DNA from: Planctomycetota bacterium
GTDB lineage: Bacteria; Planctomycetota; PLA2; JAEUHO01
Assembly (NCBI GenBank): GCA_965223505.1
Contig: CBDCWP010000039.1
Coordinates: 32,001 to 96,000 of the forward strand
Reading direction: 5' to 3'
DNA: 64,000 nucleotides
Position 1 is the stretch's first letter, and each line of letters begins with the position of its first letter. The notes beneath the pieces were generated by a model that saw only the letters and a program-made list of their open reading frames with translations, had not been told where the DNA came from and ran no database searches. The translations under genes were made by a program, and so were the position numbers. Below, piece by piece: positions 48,390 to 59,153 of the stretch.

Positions 48390-49282
48390 GCGACCTGCCC
48401 AAGATCAGCGTCGTGACACCGAGCTTCAATCAGGCGGAGTTCATCGACGAGACGATGCGATCGGTGCTCGACCAGGGGTATCCGAACCTGGAATACATCG
48501 TCATCGACGGCGCCAGCACCGACGGGAGTCCTGACGTCATTCGCAAGTACGAGTCGCGTCTCGCCTACTGGGTCAGCGAGCCGGATCGCGGACAGTCCCA
48601 CGCCATCAACAAGGGACTGGAGCGCGCGACCGGTGACATTCTCTGCTACATCAACAGCGACGACTTGCTCGAGCCGGGGTCGCTCGACACGGTTGCCCAG
48701 GCGTTCGCCGGCGGGGCCCGCTGGGTATCGGGCGGCGTGCGCTACTTCGGCCCAGGCTGTACCGAGACGGTCAAGCACTGCCGCATCGAGAAGCACCCTT
48801 CCGACTGGCTCGGCAAGAACATGGTGCCCCAACAAGGATCGTTCTGGGCCGCCGAGCTGAGCCGAGAGCACGGGTTGTTTCGCGAGGATCTGAACTACGT
48901 GTTCGACGGCGAGTACTGGATGCGCCTTCGGCTGAAGGCCGGCGCGCGTCCGCATCCCGTCCAGCAGGTGCTCGCCGCGTTCCGATTCCACGGCGAGTCG
49001 AAGACCATGCAGGAGCCGGAGGCGTTCGTTCGAGAGATCACGAACGTTCGCGCCGAGTACCGCAAGCTGCTCACCTCGTTCGATCGCTTCCGGTCGCGGC
49101 TCACCGAGCGACGCCTCAACGCGGGGGGCTGCCAGCGTGCGGCGGTTGCGCTCGCGGCGTCCGGTCGACGCGGCGCCGGCTTTCGCAAGTGGCTGCGGTC
49201 ACTGGTCCTCTGGCCTCCGTACCTGTTCGCGCGACGCACGGGCGGGTCTCTGCGCCGAGTCTGGCGCGGCGACAAGACCTAG
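48386..49282 (+). CDS. Glycosyltransferase family 2 (WcaE-like)
   Basis: [35 protein letters not shown]. Confidence 0.92.
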   Translation: MSDLPKISVVTPSFNQAEFIDETMRSVLDQGYPNLEYIVIDGASTDGSPDVIRKYESRLAYWVSEPDRGQSHAINKGLERATGDILCYINSDDLLEPGSLDTVAQAFAGGARWVSGGVRYFGPGCTETVKHCRIEKHPSDWLGKNMVPQQGSFWAAELSREHGLFREDLNYVFDGEYWMRLRLKAGARPHPVQQVLAAFRFHGESKTMQEPEAFVREITNVRAEYRKLLTSFDRFRSRLTERRLNAGGCQRAAVALAASGRRGAGFRKWLRSLVLWPPYLFARRTGGSLRRVWRGDKT

Positions 49283-49290
49283 CGGCGTCG

Positions 49291-51348
49291 TCAGTCCGTC
49301 CCGCCCCGCGGTAGCTTCGCGCCTTTCATGATGCGCCACCACCCGATGCCGTGAAGCGCGTGGTGCGTGCGGCGAACGATCTCGGCCGGCGGCGTGTCGT
49401 CGGGAAGCGGGGCCCAGGGAAGCGGCTGGAAACCGCGATTCGTCCGGGTGTCGAAGATGAACCCCGGCCCGATGACCCAGTTGCGGCCCACACCCAGATT
49501 GCGACGGCGCGGACCGAACAGGTTCTCGCCCGCGTGTGAATAGGTGAAGCCGGCCGGCGCAACCAGCTCGACCAGGGTGGGCACGATGTCGATGTGGCTT
49601 CCGGCGACGTCGAGCGGCGGCGGCCTGCCGTTCACGGCGGGACCGAAAAGAACCAGCGGCACGCTCGCGGTCTCGAACAAGCTCGGGTTGGCAGGGATGT
49701 ACACCCTGCCGACGTGATCACCGGTGATCGCGAACAGAGAGCCCGGTAGCGCCCGGTCCGTGTCGCGCACGAAGGTCGCCATGGCGTGATCCGAGTACCA
49801 GAAGTGCCCGCACTTGTTGAGGAAGTGGCGCAGCTTGCCCGCCTTGCCATAGGCGGGATTGGCCGCAGCCCGGCACGCTTCGGGGATCTCCTGCAGGCCG
49901 AATCCCGCCTTGCGGACGTCGATGTTGTACGGCGGGTGATTGCTCGTCGTGAGAATGACGCTGAAGCTGCGCTCGTCCTTCGAGACCGTACGTTGGACCA
50001 GGTCGAAGAGCAGGCGGTCGTCGGCGCCCCACGCGCTCGACAGTCCGGCGCCGATGTGCGCCGCGCCGTAGACCTCCTCGAAGCCTTGATTGCGGGCGAA
50101 CTCCTCCGTCTTCTGCCACGTCAGCGTGCCGCCGGAGAAGAGCCGCGTCTTGTACCCGAGTCGCTTGAAGATCTCCGGCGCCGAGCCGGCGAACGGCTCG
50201 CGCGCGGAAGGCCGGTAGTTGATCAAGACACCCGCATCCGGCAGGCCGGTGATGATCGTGCCGAGCGACGTCATCGTGCTCGTCGACGCCGGAAGGAAGT
50301 GCCGGAACGAAACGCCCTCCTCTCCGAGCGATCGCAGGCCTTCGGCAAGGCCGAGGGAACGATACTCGTCGAGCATCGGCCACGCGCTGTAGCTCTCCAT
50401 GACGATGACGAACACGTGCCGCGGCGGTTCATCCCCCGCGCCCGGGGCCGTGCGCGTGAACGCTTCGTCGATGTCCGCGCCGCTCAGGTCCTCGCCGAGG
50501 AAGAACGCCGTCTCGTCGCGAATCGATTCGGCGGGGAAGTACACCTCGATGCCGTTGGAAGACGAGAGCAACATGTGCCGTTCGATCGCGAACTTCAGCG
50601 CGATGTAGCCGTTCAGCGCGAGCTTGTTCAACGTCTTGTCGCGTGTGATGCCGACGTCCTTGAGCTCCAGCGCGGCCCGACCGACCTTGCCCCGAACCGA
50701 GACGACCAGGAACGCGACCGTCACGAGCACCACCAGGCCCTGCGCCGCGCGGCGCGACGCCAGAGCTCGCGTCCATGCCGGCGGGAAGAGGGGGCGCCGC
50801 AACCACCAGCGCAGCGCCAAGACGTGCAGCACGACCGTGACCAGGAGACCCAGGCCGATCCAGAGCAGGTTGTATTCCTCGGCAACCGTGTCGTAGATGG
50901 CGCCGGGGTCGTCGTAGATGAGCCCGAACACCCACTCGTTGAAGACGTCGTCGTACTCCCGGAAGAACCCGTAGCTCACCGCCACCATCGGGATCGAGAT
51001 CGCCAGGAACAGAACGCCGACGATCAGCCGGACCCGTTGGGCAAGTACCGCCGGCGCGCCGAACAGACAGGCCATGCTGGCGACGACGGGCAGGACGGTC
51101 GTGTAGCCCGCGACGATCGAGTCCGGTCGCAGTCCGGCGCGCATGCACGTCAGGACGTCGCCGAGCCCGGACTCGCTTTCGAGCCGCTCCTGGAACAGAT
51201 AGACGAGGAGCACGCGGCTCGCCTGTAGCACGAGCACGACCGCGAGCCAGAGCTTGAGGTCGCGTTGAAGCTGATCGAAGAAGCGCGGCCAGCGACCGGC
51301 GTCCGGCGCGGCCGCCTCGAGAAGCGCGTGTTCGTTCTTGCTGGCCAT
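49291..51348 (-). CDS. LTA-synthase/phosphoglycerol transferase family (sulfatase-like fold, N-terminal TMs)
   Basis: ~5 TM, then VIVMESY, STSTMTS (catalytic Thr region), TTSNHPPY, TGDH, SHIDIVPT. Confidence 0.85.
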   Translation of the reverse strand: MASKNEHALLEAAAPDAGRWPRFFDQLQRDLKLWLAVVLVLQASRVLLVYLFQERLESESGLGDVLTCMRAGLRPDSIVAGYTTVLPVVASMACLFGAPAVLAQRVRLIVGVLFLAISIPMVAVSYGFFREYDDVFNEWVFGLIYDDPGAIYDTVAEEYNLLWIGLGLLVTVVLHVLALRWWLRRPLFPPAWTRALASRRAAQGLVVLVTVAFLVVSVRGKVGRAALELKDVGITRDKTLNKLALNGYIALKFAIERHMLLSSSNGIEVYFPAESIRDETAFFLGEDLSGADIDEAFTRTAPGAGDEPPRHVFVIVMESYSAWPMLDEYRSLGLAEGLRSLGEEGVSFRHFLPASTSTMTSLGTIITGLPDAGVLINYRPSAREPFAGSAPEIFKRLGYKTRLFSGGTLTWQKTEEFARNQGFEEVYGAAHIGAGLSSAWGADDRLLFDLVQRTVSKDERSFSVILTTSNHPPYNIDVRKAGFGLQEIPEACRAAANPAYGKAGKLRHFLNKCGHFWYSDHAMATFVRDTDRALPGSLFAITGDHVGRVYIPANPSLFETASVPLVLFGPAVNGRPPPLDVAGSHIDIVPTLVELVAPAGFTYSHAGENLFGPRRRNLGVGRNWVIGPGFIFDTRTNRGFQPLPWAPLPDDTPPAEIVRRTHHALHGIGWWRIMKGAKLPRGGTD

Positions 51349-51518
51349 GGGTCCTCGCGGACGGATGCAGGATTGTAGCCAGCCTCTACCGCGCGACGAA
51401 CGAACGCTTGTTCGGTGTCGGAACTGGGTTCGGCTCGTACCCTCGGACATCATAGTGCGTTCCGCGACTCGATCCGCGCGTGCGGGAGATCCATGGCTCT
51501 TACGGGAAGGCGTCGGCA

Positions 51519-52328
51519 ATGGCGATAGACAGCCTGCCCCCGGAGGAGCTGCGCGAGCTCGCATCCGCCGTCAGGCACGAACGAGTGGCGTTCGACGTTC
51601 TGCGAGCGAAGCGCGAGAACGTACAGACCGTTCGCGTTCGCGTCGAAGGCGACCGGACGGTCGTCCTGAAGATGTGGGACGTCAGCGGGGTGATCGCCGC
51701 AATCCGCGCACGCCTGCGAACGACGAACGCCGAACGGGAGTGGACGGCACTGCGCCGGTTGCACGAGGCGGGCGTGTCCGTGCCGGCCCCGCTCGGCCGA
51801 GCGCGACTCGAGGAAGGCGACGGAGCCTTCGACGTGATTGCCGTCGAGGACCTCGGTGCGTGCGTGCGCGCGGGTGACGTGCTCTCGTCGCTGGTCGCCG
51901 ACGGAGCCGACGACGAGATCGCGACGATCACAGACGGCTTCATCGAGATCATGGCCGGCATGGTTGCGAGCGGCGTCCTGGACACCGACAACACGACCAC
52001 GAACTACCTCCTGCCGCCCGGCGCGGCGCCGGTTCGCGTGGATCTGGAGCTTGCCCGCGTCGTGACGCGTCCGGAGAAGCAGCCCAAGCTCTACGGGACG
52101 ATGCTGGGTCGGTTGATGGCGTCGTACACGTTCGCCGTCCACGCCGAGCCGGAACGAGCGGCGGCGTTCCTGGGTCGAATCGTCGATCGACTGCGTCCTT
52201 CGCCCGCAGTGGTGTCCGGCGCGTTGACCTGTCTTCGGGAGGGGCTCGAACGGCACGGGAGAGAGACCGGCATCGCGGTCGACCTCGACCAGACGATTCG
52301 CGATCTCTCGGGGTCCGCGCCCGACTGA
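51519..52328 (+). CDS. Kdo/WaaP-like (LPS/sugar) kinase family protein
   Basis: VLKMW, REW.ALRRL..GV.VP.P, EDLG, DTDNTTTNYL, VDLE. Confidence 0.6.
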   Translation: MAIDSLPPEELRELASAVRHERVAFDVLRAKRENVQTVRVRVEGDRTVVLKMWDVSGVIAAIRARLRTTNAEREWTALRRLHEAGVSVPAPLGRARLEEGDGAFDVIAVEDLGACVRAGDVLSSLVADGADDEIATITDGFIEIMAGMVASGVLDTDNTTTNYLLPPGAAPVRVDLELARVVTRPEKQPKLYGTMLGRLMASYTFAVHAEPERAAAFLGRIVDRLRPSPAVVSGALTCLREGLERHGRETGIAVDLDQTIRDLSGSAPD

Positions 52329-52334
52329 ACCGCG

Positions 52335-52955
52335 TCAGCGCTCCGGCGCCTCGGCCTGATCGTCGCGCATCTTGAGGAGCCGGGCCGGCACGCCGCCGAC
52401 GATGGCCGACGCGGGGACGTCCTTCGTGACCACGCTGTTGGCGGCGACCACCGCGCCCGGTCCGATCGTGACCCCCTTGAGGATCGCGGCGCCTCGCCCG
52501 ATCCAGGCGCCCGCTCCGATCCGGATCGGCGCGGCCTCGTGCCGCTGGAGGCGCATCGGGGTGCCGGGGTTCGTTCCGTGGTCGGCGTCGCGGATGCTGA
52601 CGTACTCGCCGATCAGGCAATCGTCCTCGATGTCGATGCCGCGATAGGCGACGAGAAACGTCCCCGCGTTCAAGCGCACGTTCGCGCCGACTCGGATCCG
52701 TCCTTCCTCGTGGGTCTCGAAGAACACGTTGCGACCGAGTCGGCAGCTCGGGCCCAGGTCGAGACGCACACGACCCGGTGTCCGTGCCGGTCCGTCGAAT
52801 TGCGTCGTGACCGGCACGCTCCCGTCGACCACGGCGCGCAGATGAACCAGTCGGGCGAACCGGGTCGCCGCGCCCAGCAACGGCCGCAGCGCGCGGTGGA
52901 TGAGCGCAACGCCACCCGCTGCGATTCCGACCATCCACATCGCCAGCTTCTTCAC
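52335..52955 (-). CDS. Hexapeptide-repeat O-acyltransferase
   Basis: [51 protein letters not shown]; start uncertain. Confidence 0.88.
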   Translation of the reverse strand: MKKLAMWMVGIAAGGVALIHRALRPLLGAATRFARLVHLRAVVDGSVPVTTQFDGPARTPGRVRLDLGPSCRLGRNVFFETHEEGRIRVGANVRLNAGTFLVAYRGIDIEDDCLIGEYVSIRDADHGTNPGTPMRLQRHEAAPIRIGAGAWIGRGAAILKGVTIGPGAVVAANSVVTKDVPASAIVGGVPARLLKMRDDQAEAPER

Positions 52956-53226
52956 GAGACCTCCGAGGCGCTCTCCGTGTTCGAGGCGGCCCGTCCCCAA
53001 GCTTGATGAGAGGACGGAGTAAGTCACGGGATTTCCTTCGATCGCGCTCCGTATCGACGCTCACACCGGGTATCGCCGGCGCCGAAGACTCGCTTCGAGT
53101 TCGCCGCAGTCGAACACGGGGCTATGCTTGCTTCGCCGCGCATGGATCAGTGGCAGGACCACTCGGCCCGAGCGATCCCGTGGGAACGGAGTGCAGTTCC
53201 CCCGCATCACGCCCGAGCTAGGAGAG

Positions 53227-54225
53227 ATGATGGGTGACGCCGAGCCGCTGCTGTCGGGCATCTTCGGGACGAGCCGTTGCGGCTCGACCTGGCTCGGTTC
53301 CATCATCGCAGCGCATCCCGACGTTGCGTACCGGTTCGAGCCCTTTCACCGGCGCAAGAAGGAGCCCGAGATCCTCGCGCTGCGCCGGGCGATCGAGTCC
53401 GGCGACACGGGGCCCGACGTCCTCGATCGGGTGTACGAGCAGTTGCTGCGATCGCACCCGTTGACGGAAAAGCCCCCCTTCTTCCGCAAGAACCTGCGTG
53501 CGCGGTGCAAGCGGGGCCAACAGATGCTCTGGCCGCTTGCGCGGAAGTTCCGTGCCGCCCGCCCGGTGTTTCGATGGCTCTACACGCCCAAGGGCAGGCC
53601 GCGGGTCGTCTTCAAGGAGGTGAACCTCGAGACCTTGATGGTCCGGCTGGCCGTCGACGCGGGGATCCCGGTGCTCTACCTCGTTCGTCATCCTGCCGCC
53701 GTCGTTTGGTCCCACCTGAAGGGCCAGCAGGAGAATCTGATGGGCGACACGCGCGAGAAGGAGTTCGCTCGCCGGGTGGGCAGCGTGAGCCCCGAGCTCC
53801 TCGAGCGCTTCGGAAACAGAATCGACGACATGACGAAGCCGGAGAAACGAGCGTTGCTCTGGCGGGTGTCCGTCGAGCAGGCCCGCAAGGGACTCGAAGA
53901 CGCGAGCGCCGGTTGCTGGATCTTCTATGAAGACCTGTGCCGCGATCCCGAGGGCGAGAGCCGCAAGGCGTTGGCGTTCCTCGGACTGGACTTCGATGAC
54001 CAGGTGGCGGCGTTCGTCGAGGCCAGCACGACGCCGTCCTCGAGCAGCCGTTGGCAACGCGAGGAACGATTCACGAAGAGCTACTTCTCCGTGTTCCGCG
54101 ACCCCGCGGAGTCGATGAACCACTGGCGCCGAGAGATGCCGGACGACGTCCGCGAGCAGGTCCTGGCGATCGTTCGAGACAGCCCCGTCTACGCCGAGGG
54201 CATGGAGCGCGGTACGTGGAGCTGA
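53227..54225 (+). CDS. Sulfotransferase family protein
   Basis: IFGTSRCGSTWL..HP..FEPF; LVRHPAAVVWS; YEDLCRDP..FLGL. Confidence 0.85.
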   Translation: MMGDAEPLLSGIFGTSRCGSTWLGSIIAAHPDVAYRFEPFHRRKKEPEILALRRAIESGDTGPDVLDRVYEQLLRSHPLTEKPPFFRKNLRARCKRGQQMLWPLARKFRAARPVFRWLYTPKGRPRVVFKEVNLETLMVRLAVDAGIPVLYLVRHPAAVVWSHLKGQQENLMGDTREKEFARRVGSVSPELLERFGNRIDDMTKPEKRALLWRVSVEQARKGLEDASAGCWIFYEDLCRDPEGESRKALAFLGLDFDDQVAAFVEASTTPSSSSRWQREERFTKSYFSVFRDPAESMNHWRREMPDDVREQVLAIVRDSPVYAEGMERGTWS

Positions 54226-55070
54226 TGGAGACCGTATCCACCAGTGTTCGCGAGCGGCCTCCGGTCGTCGAGATCCTCGGCTTTCCGTTTCACGACGTCA
54301 CCGAGGCCGCGTGCATCGAGCACATCCTCGGCGAGTTGGACGCCGGACGCGGGGGCTGGGTCGTCACGCCCAATCTCGACATCCTGCGCATGCTCTCGGG
54401 CTCGCGGGACCTCTGGGCGCTGTTTCGCCGTGCCGACCTCACGGTCGCCGACGGCATGCCGATCGTGTGGGCGAGCAAGATCCTCGGCACGCCCTTGCCG
54501 GAGCGCGTCGCCGGCTCGAGCCTCGTCTCGACGCTGAGTGAACGAGCGGCCGCTGAAGGGCGCTCGGTCTACTTTCTCGGGGGCGATCCCGGCACCGCGG
54601 AAGCGGGTGCGGCGGAGCTGCGTCGCCGGCACCCCGCGCTGCGCGTCGCCGGCACGGACTGCCCGCCGATGGGATTCGAGAACGACCCGGGCGAGATGGA
54701 GCGCATCGTCCGGCGCGTCGAGGCAGCAGCGCCGGACATCGTCTACGTGGCGTTGGGCTGTCCCAAGCAAGAGCGGTTGATTCAACACCTTCGGCCGAGC
54801 GCGCCCGGTGCGTGGTTCCTCGGCGTCGGCATCAGCTTCAGCTACCTCTGCGGCGAGGTGCGGCGCGCGCCTGCCTGGATGCGCAACACCGGCCTCGAGT
54901 GGACCTACCGGCTCCTGCAGGAGCCCGGGCGGCTCGCGGGCCGCTACTTGCGGCACGACATCCCGTTCGGCCTTCGGCTCGCGGCGCTCTCGGTCTGGAC
55001 GCGGATCGCCAAGGCCCTTTCCCTTCGGCGATTGCCGCGCCTCGCGCCGCGGGTGCGCACATCCGAGTAG
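54225..55070 (+). CDS. WecB/TagA/CpsF family glycosyltransferase
   Basis: VTPN, ADGMPIVWAS, ERVAG, VALG.PKQE, RAP.WM...GLEW.YRL.QEP.RL. Confidence 0.93.
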   Translation: METVSTSVRERPPVVEILGFPFHDVTEAACIEHILGELDAGRGGWVVTPNLDILRMLSGSRDLWALFRRADLTVADGMPIVWASKILGTPLPERVAGSSLVSTLSERAAAEGRSVYFLGGDPGTAEAGAAELRRRHPALRVAGTDCPPMGFENDPGEMERIVRRVEAAAPDIVYVALGCPKQERLIQHLRPSAPGAWFLGVGISFSYLCGEVRRAPAWMRNTGLEWTYRLLQEPGRLAGRYLRHDIPFGLRLAALSVWTRIAKALSLRRLPRLAPRVRTSE

Positions 55071-55130
55071 GGGACGCGGATCGACGCCCCTACGATGCCG
55101 ACCCAACGACGCCGGGAATCGACACGACTC

Positions 55131-55889
55131 ATGCGCGAAGCGATCATCGACCTCGCCCGCCGCGCGGGCGCACTCATCTTGACGCACTACGACGCGGCGG
55201 CATCCACGCCGCTGGAGATCGTTCGGAAGGCGGATGACTCTCCGCTGACGATCGCCGATCGCGAGGCGAACGAGTCCATCGTGGCCGGGTTGCGATTCGT
55301 CGCCCCGGACGTGCCCGTCATCTCCGAGGAGGGCGCCGCGATCCCGTTCGAGGAGCGCCGCGGCTGGCAGCGGTTCTTTCTGGTGGACCCCTTGGACGGC
55401 ACCAAGGAGTTCATCAAGCGCAATGGCGAGTTCACCGTCAACATCGCTCTCGTCGAGGACGGGATTCCAACGCTCGGCGTCGTCTTCGCGCCTGCGCTGG
55501 GGGTGCTGTATGTCGGGGAGCGCGGCGCCGGCGCGTCCAAGATCGAGCCCGACGGCGAAGAGAGGCGCATCTACTCGGCAGCGCCCCCCGAAGGCCGACC
55601 GCTGCGCGTCGTGACGAGCCGCTCGCACGCGTCCGATGACGTGGCGGCCCTGCTCGGCGGCCGGGCAGTCGGCGAGATCGTGCCCGTGGGCAGCTCGCTC
55701 AAGCTGTGTTTCGTCGCAGAAGGCCGGGCCGACGTGTATCCACGTCGCGGTCCGACGATGGAGTGGGACGTGGCCGCGGGCGATGCCGTCTACCGCGCAT
55801 CCGGTCGCGACGGCGAGCGGTCGTCGCCGCTTCGATACAACAAGCCGTCGCTACGCAACGACGGCTTCCTGATCGGTCTCGATCCCTGA
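55131..55889 (+). CDS. cysQ: 3'(2'),5'-bisphosphate nucleotidase (PAP phosphatase)
   Basis: KADDSPLT.AD, SEE, LVDPLDGTKEFI..NGEFTVNIAL, SRSH, GSSLK, TMEWDVAAG. Confidence 0.93.
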   Translation: MREAIIDLARRAGALILTHYDAAASTPLEIVRKADDSPLTIADREANESIVAGLRFVAPDVPVISEEGAAIPFEERRGWQRFFLVDPLDGTKEFIKRNGEFTVNIALVEDGIPTLGVVFAPALGVLYVGERGAGASKIEPDGEERRIYSAAPPEGRPLRVVTSRSHASDDVAALLGGRAVGEIVPVGSSLKLCFVAEGRADVYPRRGPTMEWDVAAGDAVYRASGRDGERSSPLRYNKPSLRNDGFLIGLDP

Positions 55890-55922
55890 GGACGGGGCCG
55901 GCGGAGCGACCGATCGGAACTG

Positions 55923-55956
55923 AAAAAAGGGCGAGGCGCTCGCGGCGCCTCGCCCT
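55923..55956 (-). terminator. Rho-independent terminator of the PEP-CTERM gene (possibly bidirectional)
   Basis: AAAAAA-GGGCGAGGCGC-TCGCG-GCGCCTCGCCC-T; U-tract on the minus strand. Confidence 0.8.
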
Positions 55957-55980
55957 CCGAATGTGGATGGACCGACTGTC

Positions 55981-56706
55981 CTACGCGGACGCCTTGCGCT
56001 GGCGGCGGCGTGCCGCAGCGACGCAGAGTCCGCCGAGGCCGAACAGGGCAAGCGTGCCGGGCTCGGGCGTGACGTTGAGCGTCGAGACGTAGAAACGGAA
56101 GGAGTTGTCTTCCGCGGCGTCGGCGTTCGGGTTGAAGAACTCGAACGAGGTTCCGGAGAACCCGAAGAAGATCGTGCCCGCGGCGCTGTACTTGTGCCAG
56201 TCGCCGCCGTCGACGCTCAACCAGATCTCTGCGTCGTCGTCGAACGAGTCGTTGTGGTCGCCGTTCATGAAGGTGCCCCAGTTGACCGTCTTCTGAACGT
56301 CGAACGTGAGTGTGACACTCTGGTAGTCCCAGAGGTTGTCCATGTCGGCCGCGTTGGCGGCCGATGTATGCGCCGCGAGACCGCCGTCGTCCGGGTTGGT
56401 GTCGCCGTAGACGAAGATCTGCGTGCCGCCGCCACCGTCGGTGTCCGTTGCGTCGGCACGCTCGTGCGCCGTCGCGACGAAGTCGATGCCGTTGACGCTG
56501 AAGTCGACGTTGGCCGTGGGGCCACCGCCGCCGGCGGCCGTCTGCCACCAGTCTCCACCGCCCGTGCCGATGGTCGACGTCGTGTTGCCGGGGTTGGCAA
56601 TCAGGTCGGCGTTACCACCACCGGTAAAGTCGAGCGTCTCTGCCCACGCTACGTTCCCCGCGAACGCGAGCGCGACGCCCAGCGCCGCAAATACCAAATA
56701 CTTCAT
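55981..56706 (-). CDS. PEP-CTERM sorting-domain protein
   Basis: Signal peptide MKYLVFAALG..AWA; C-terminal TPEPGTLALFGLGGLCVAAARRRQRK. Confidence 0.93.
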   Translation of the reverse strand: MKYLVFAALGVALAFAGNVAWAETLDFTGGGNADLIANPGNTTSTIGTGGGDWWQTAAGGGGPTANVDFSVNGIDFVATAHERADATDTDGGGGTQIFVYGDTNPDDGGLAAHTSAANAADMDNLWDYQSVTLTFDVQKTVNWGTFMNGDHNDSFDDDAEIWLSVDGGDWHKYSAAGTIFFGFSGTSFEFFNPNADAAEDNSFRFYVSTLNVTPEPGTLALFGLGGLCVAAARRRQRKASA

Positions 56707-57120
56707 GGTCGAAAAGCCCTTCCACATTCCCCTGGTAGCCCGAATAGCACCCAGGTCACGCCTTTGCCGCCTCACACTGCGGCGGGCCGAAGTGTAGTCG
56801 TGCTTCGCGCCGTCGTTCAATAGGGCAGGACCCAAATTCCAAGGGCGCGCCGGACGACCTGCATGCTGGACGCATGAGAGATGACGTACGCGTGTCTACA
56901 CGATTGAACAAAAGGGGCCGGGCAACCTGCGCGCGGTCGGCGCCGTACGGTAGGGCTCTGTAAGCAGCCACCCGCTGGAAGCCATTTCATGCGGATCCCG
57001 CACGCGCTCCCCAGTTTCTGGCCCGGAGCCGTTGCGTTTGGCACGGCCGGTTGCGTGTGGTCGGGCGCGGCCGATGTGGCTTGCGAAGAACGTTTTGAAT
57101 CGTCCGTTTCGGCCCTGCCG

Positions 57121-58065
57121 CTAGTTCGAGTTCGCCGGCTCGCCGCGTCGTGCCTGCCAGACCGTCGCTTGGCGCTCGTCGAGATCCCTCGTCGCGCGCG
57201 CCTTGCCCTTGATCAAGCACTGTCGTTGGTACGCGCGCAGGAAGCGCCGGAAGGCCGGGTCGTCGTAGCGGTGCGTTTGCTTGAGCGCGCTTCGAACATA
57301 GCCCCACCACATTCCCGCACCGTTGATCAGGTACGGCGGCCGCGTCATGCGGAAGAGCGACACGGCCGTCATGTACACGAAACCGGTCCCCATGAAGTAC
57401 TGGCCGAATCCGTGCCGTAGCCGCCCCGTGAAGTACCCCTTCTGACTCGACCCCATCGCGCGCAAGTGAATGAAGCGCAGATCCGGATCGTCCCAGCTAC
57501 AGGCCCGCCACCCCAGCATGCGGCAGCGGTGGCAGTCGATGCCGTCCCACATCACCTCGCGTACGAACCCGCCGATCTCGCGGAACGCTTCGGTGCGGTA
57601 GAACTTCGTCATGCCGACGGAGGTCTCGTCGCCACACTTCTCGCTGATCAGCGTGCCGTCCTCGGCCGGGTAGTACGGCTTCCCGCTGCAGGTGGCGATC
57701 CGCGGATCCGCCTCCATGCGATTCATGAGCTCGGCGAAGTAGCCTGCAGGGAGATCAAGATCGAGATCCAGCTTGCAGACGTAGTCGTACGCGTCCTGGT
57801 CGATCGTCTCGAAGCCGGCGTAGAACGCCTCGACGACGCCCGGCCCGACGGCCCGATGCCCTCGATCCGTCCGCGTCAGCACGCGGATGAAGTCGTGCTT
57901 CTCCTCGTACTCGCGCAGGATGGCCGGCGTCTCGTCGGTGGATCCGTCGTCCACGATCAGCCAGAGTGCTGGCGCCTCCGTCTGTGCGACGACGGAGTCG
58001 AGCGTTCGCCGCGCGAACTCGGCCTCGTTGCGGCAGGGGGTGATGAGGGCGTAGCGCCGCGGCAT
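57121..58065 (-). CDS. Glycosyltransferase family 2
   Basis: LITPCRNE, VDDGSTD, KLDLD, WDGID. Confidence 0.88.
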   Translation of the reverse strand: MPRRYALITPCRNEAEFARRTLDSVVAQTEAPALWLIVDDGSTDETPAILREYEEKHDFIRVLTRTDRGHRAVGPGVVEAFYAGFETIDQDAYDYVCKLDLDLDLPAGYFAELMNRMEADPRIATCSGKPYYPAEDGTLISEKCGDETSVGMTKFYRTEAFREIGGFVREVMWDGIDCHRCRMLGWRACSWDDPDLRFIHLRAMGSSQKGYFTGRLRHGFGQYFMGTGFVYMTAVSLFRMTRPPYLINGAGMWWGYVRSALKQTHRYDDPAFRRFLRAYQRQCLIKGKARATRDLDERQATVWQARRGEPANSN

Positions 58066-58076
58066 GGGCTCCTCGT

Positions 58077-59153
58077 CTACTCGGATCTGCGGTTGGCGTA
58101 GTTCGTCTCGATCCAGCGGCGGTACTCGCCGCTTCGAACGGCGTCGACCCAACCCATGTTGGCGATGTACCACGCCACGGTTTCGTTCAAGCCCGACTCG
58201 AAGTCGTGCGCGGGCGACCAGCCGAGCTCCTGCTTGATCTTCGTGCAATCGATCGCATAGCGCTGATCGTGGCCCGGCCGGTCCTGCACCATCTCGATGA
58301 GGCCCCGCAGCACCGCCGGATCCTCACCGGTCTGCCGCGCGACGACGTCGCACAGGGTCTGCACGAGGTCCAGGTTCCGCCACTCGTTCTCGCCGCCGAC
58401 GTTCCAGGTCTCGCCCGTCCGTCCGCCGCTGATGATCGTCCAGAGCGCGGACGAGTGGTCGGCGACGTAGAGCCAGTCTCGCACGTTCGAGCCGTCGCCG
58501 TAGACGGGCAGCGGCTTCCGGTCGAGCATGTTCAGGATCATCAGGGGGATCAGCTTCTCGGGGAACTGGTACGGCCCGTAGTTGTTGGAGCAGTTCGAGA
58601 GCGTCGTCGGCAGCCCGTACGTGTGCGCGAAAGCGCGGACCAGGTGGTCGGATGAGGCTTTCGAAGCCGAGTACGGGCTGCGGGGGTCGTACGCCGTCGT
58701 CTCGTGGAAGTAGCCCGTCTCACCGAGGGATCCGAAGACCTCATCGGTGCTGACGTGATGGAACAACACGTCGGTGCGCTCCGCCCAGGACGCCCGGGCC
58801 GCTTCCAGCAAGTTGAACGTTCCGACGATGTTCGTCGTGATGAAATCGCCGGGCCCGACGATGGAGCGGTCGACGTGGCTCTCCGCAGCCAGGTGCACGA
58901 CCGTGTCGATGTCGTACTTCGCGAAGACGTCGCGGACCCGGTCGGCGTCCCGGATGTCGGCATGCTCGAAGACGTATCGGTCTCTGGCGTCGAGGTCGGC
59001 CAGGTTGGCCGGGTTGCCGGCGTACGTGAGCGCGTCCAGGTTGACGATGCGGCCGGCGAACGCGGTCTGCTCGCAGACGAACCGGATGAAGTTGCTACCG
59101 ATGAACCCTGCGCCGCCGGTGACCAGGATGTTCGTGAGTGCGCGCGCGCTCAT
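58077..59153 (-). CDS. rfbB: dTDP-glucose 4,6-dehydratase
   Basis: VTGGAGFIGSN, AAESHVDRSI, STDEV, PYSASKA, DRPGHD.RY. Confidence 0.96.
   Translation of the reverse strand: MSARALTNILVTGGAGFIGSNFIRFVCEQTAFAGRIVNLDALTYAGNPANLADLDARDRYVFEHADIRDADRVRDVFAKYDIDTVVHLAAESHVDRSIVGPGDFITTNIVGTFNLLEAARASWAERTDVLFHHVSTDEVFGSLGETGYFHETTAYDPRSPYSASKASSDHLVRAFAHTYGLPTTLSNCSNNYGPYQFPEKLIPLMILNMLDRKPLPVYGDGSNVRDWLYVADHSSALWTIISGGRTGETWNVGGENEWRNLDLVQTLCDVVARQTGEDPAVLRGLIEMVQDRPGHDQRYAIDCTKIKQELGWSPAHDFESGLNETVAWYIANMGWVDAVRSGEYRRWIETNYANRRSE

Noticed and set aside
57039..57054. Sigma54-like TGGCACG..TTGC
   Set aside because: GG-to-GC spacing is 11 rather than 10, and it points toward the 3' end of a minus-strand gene
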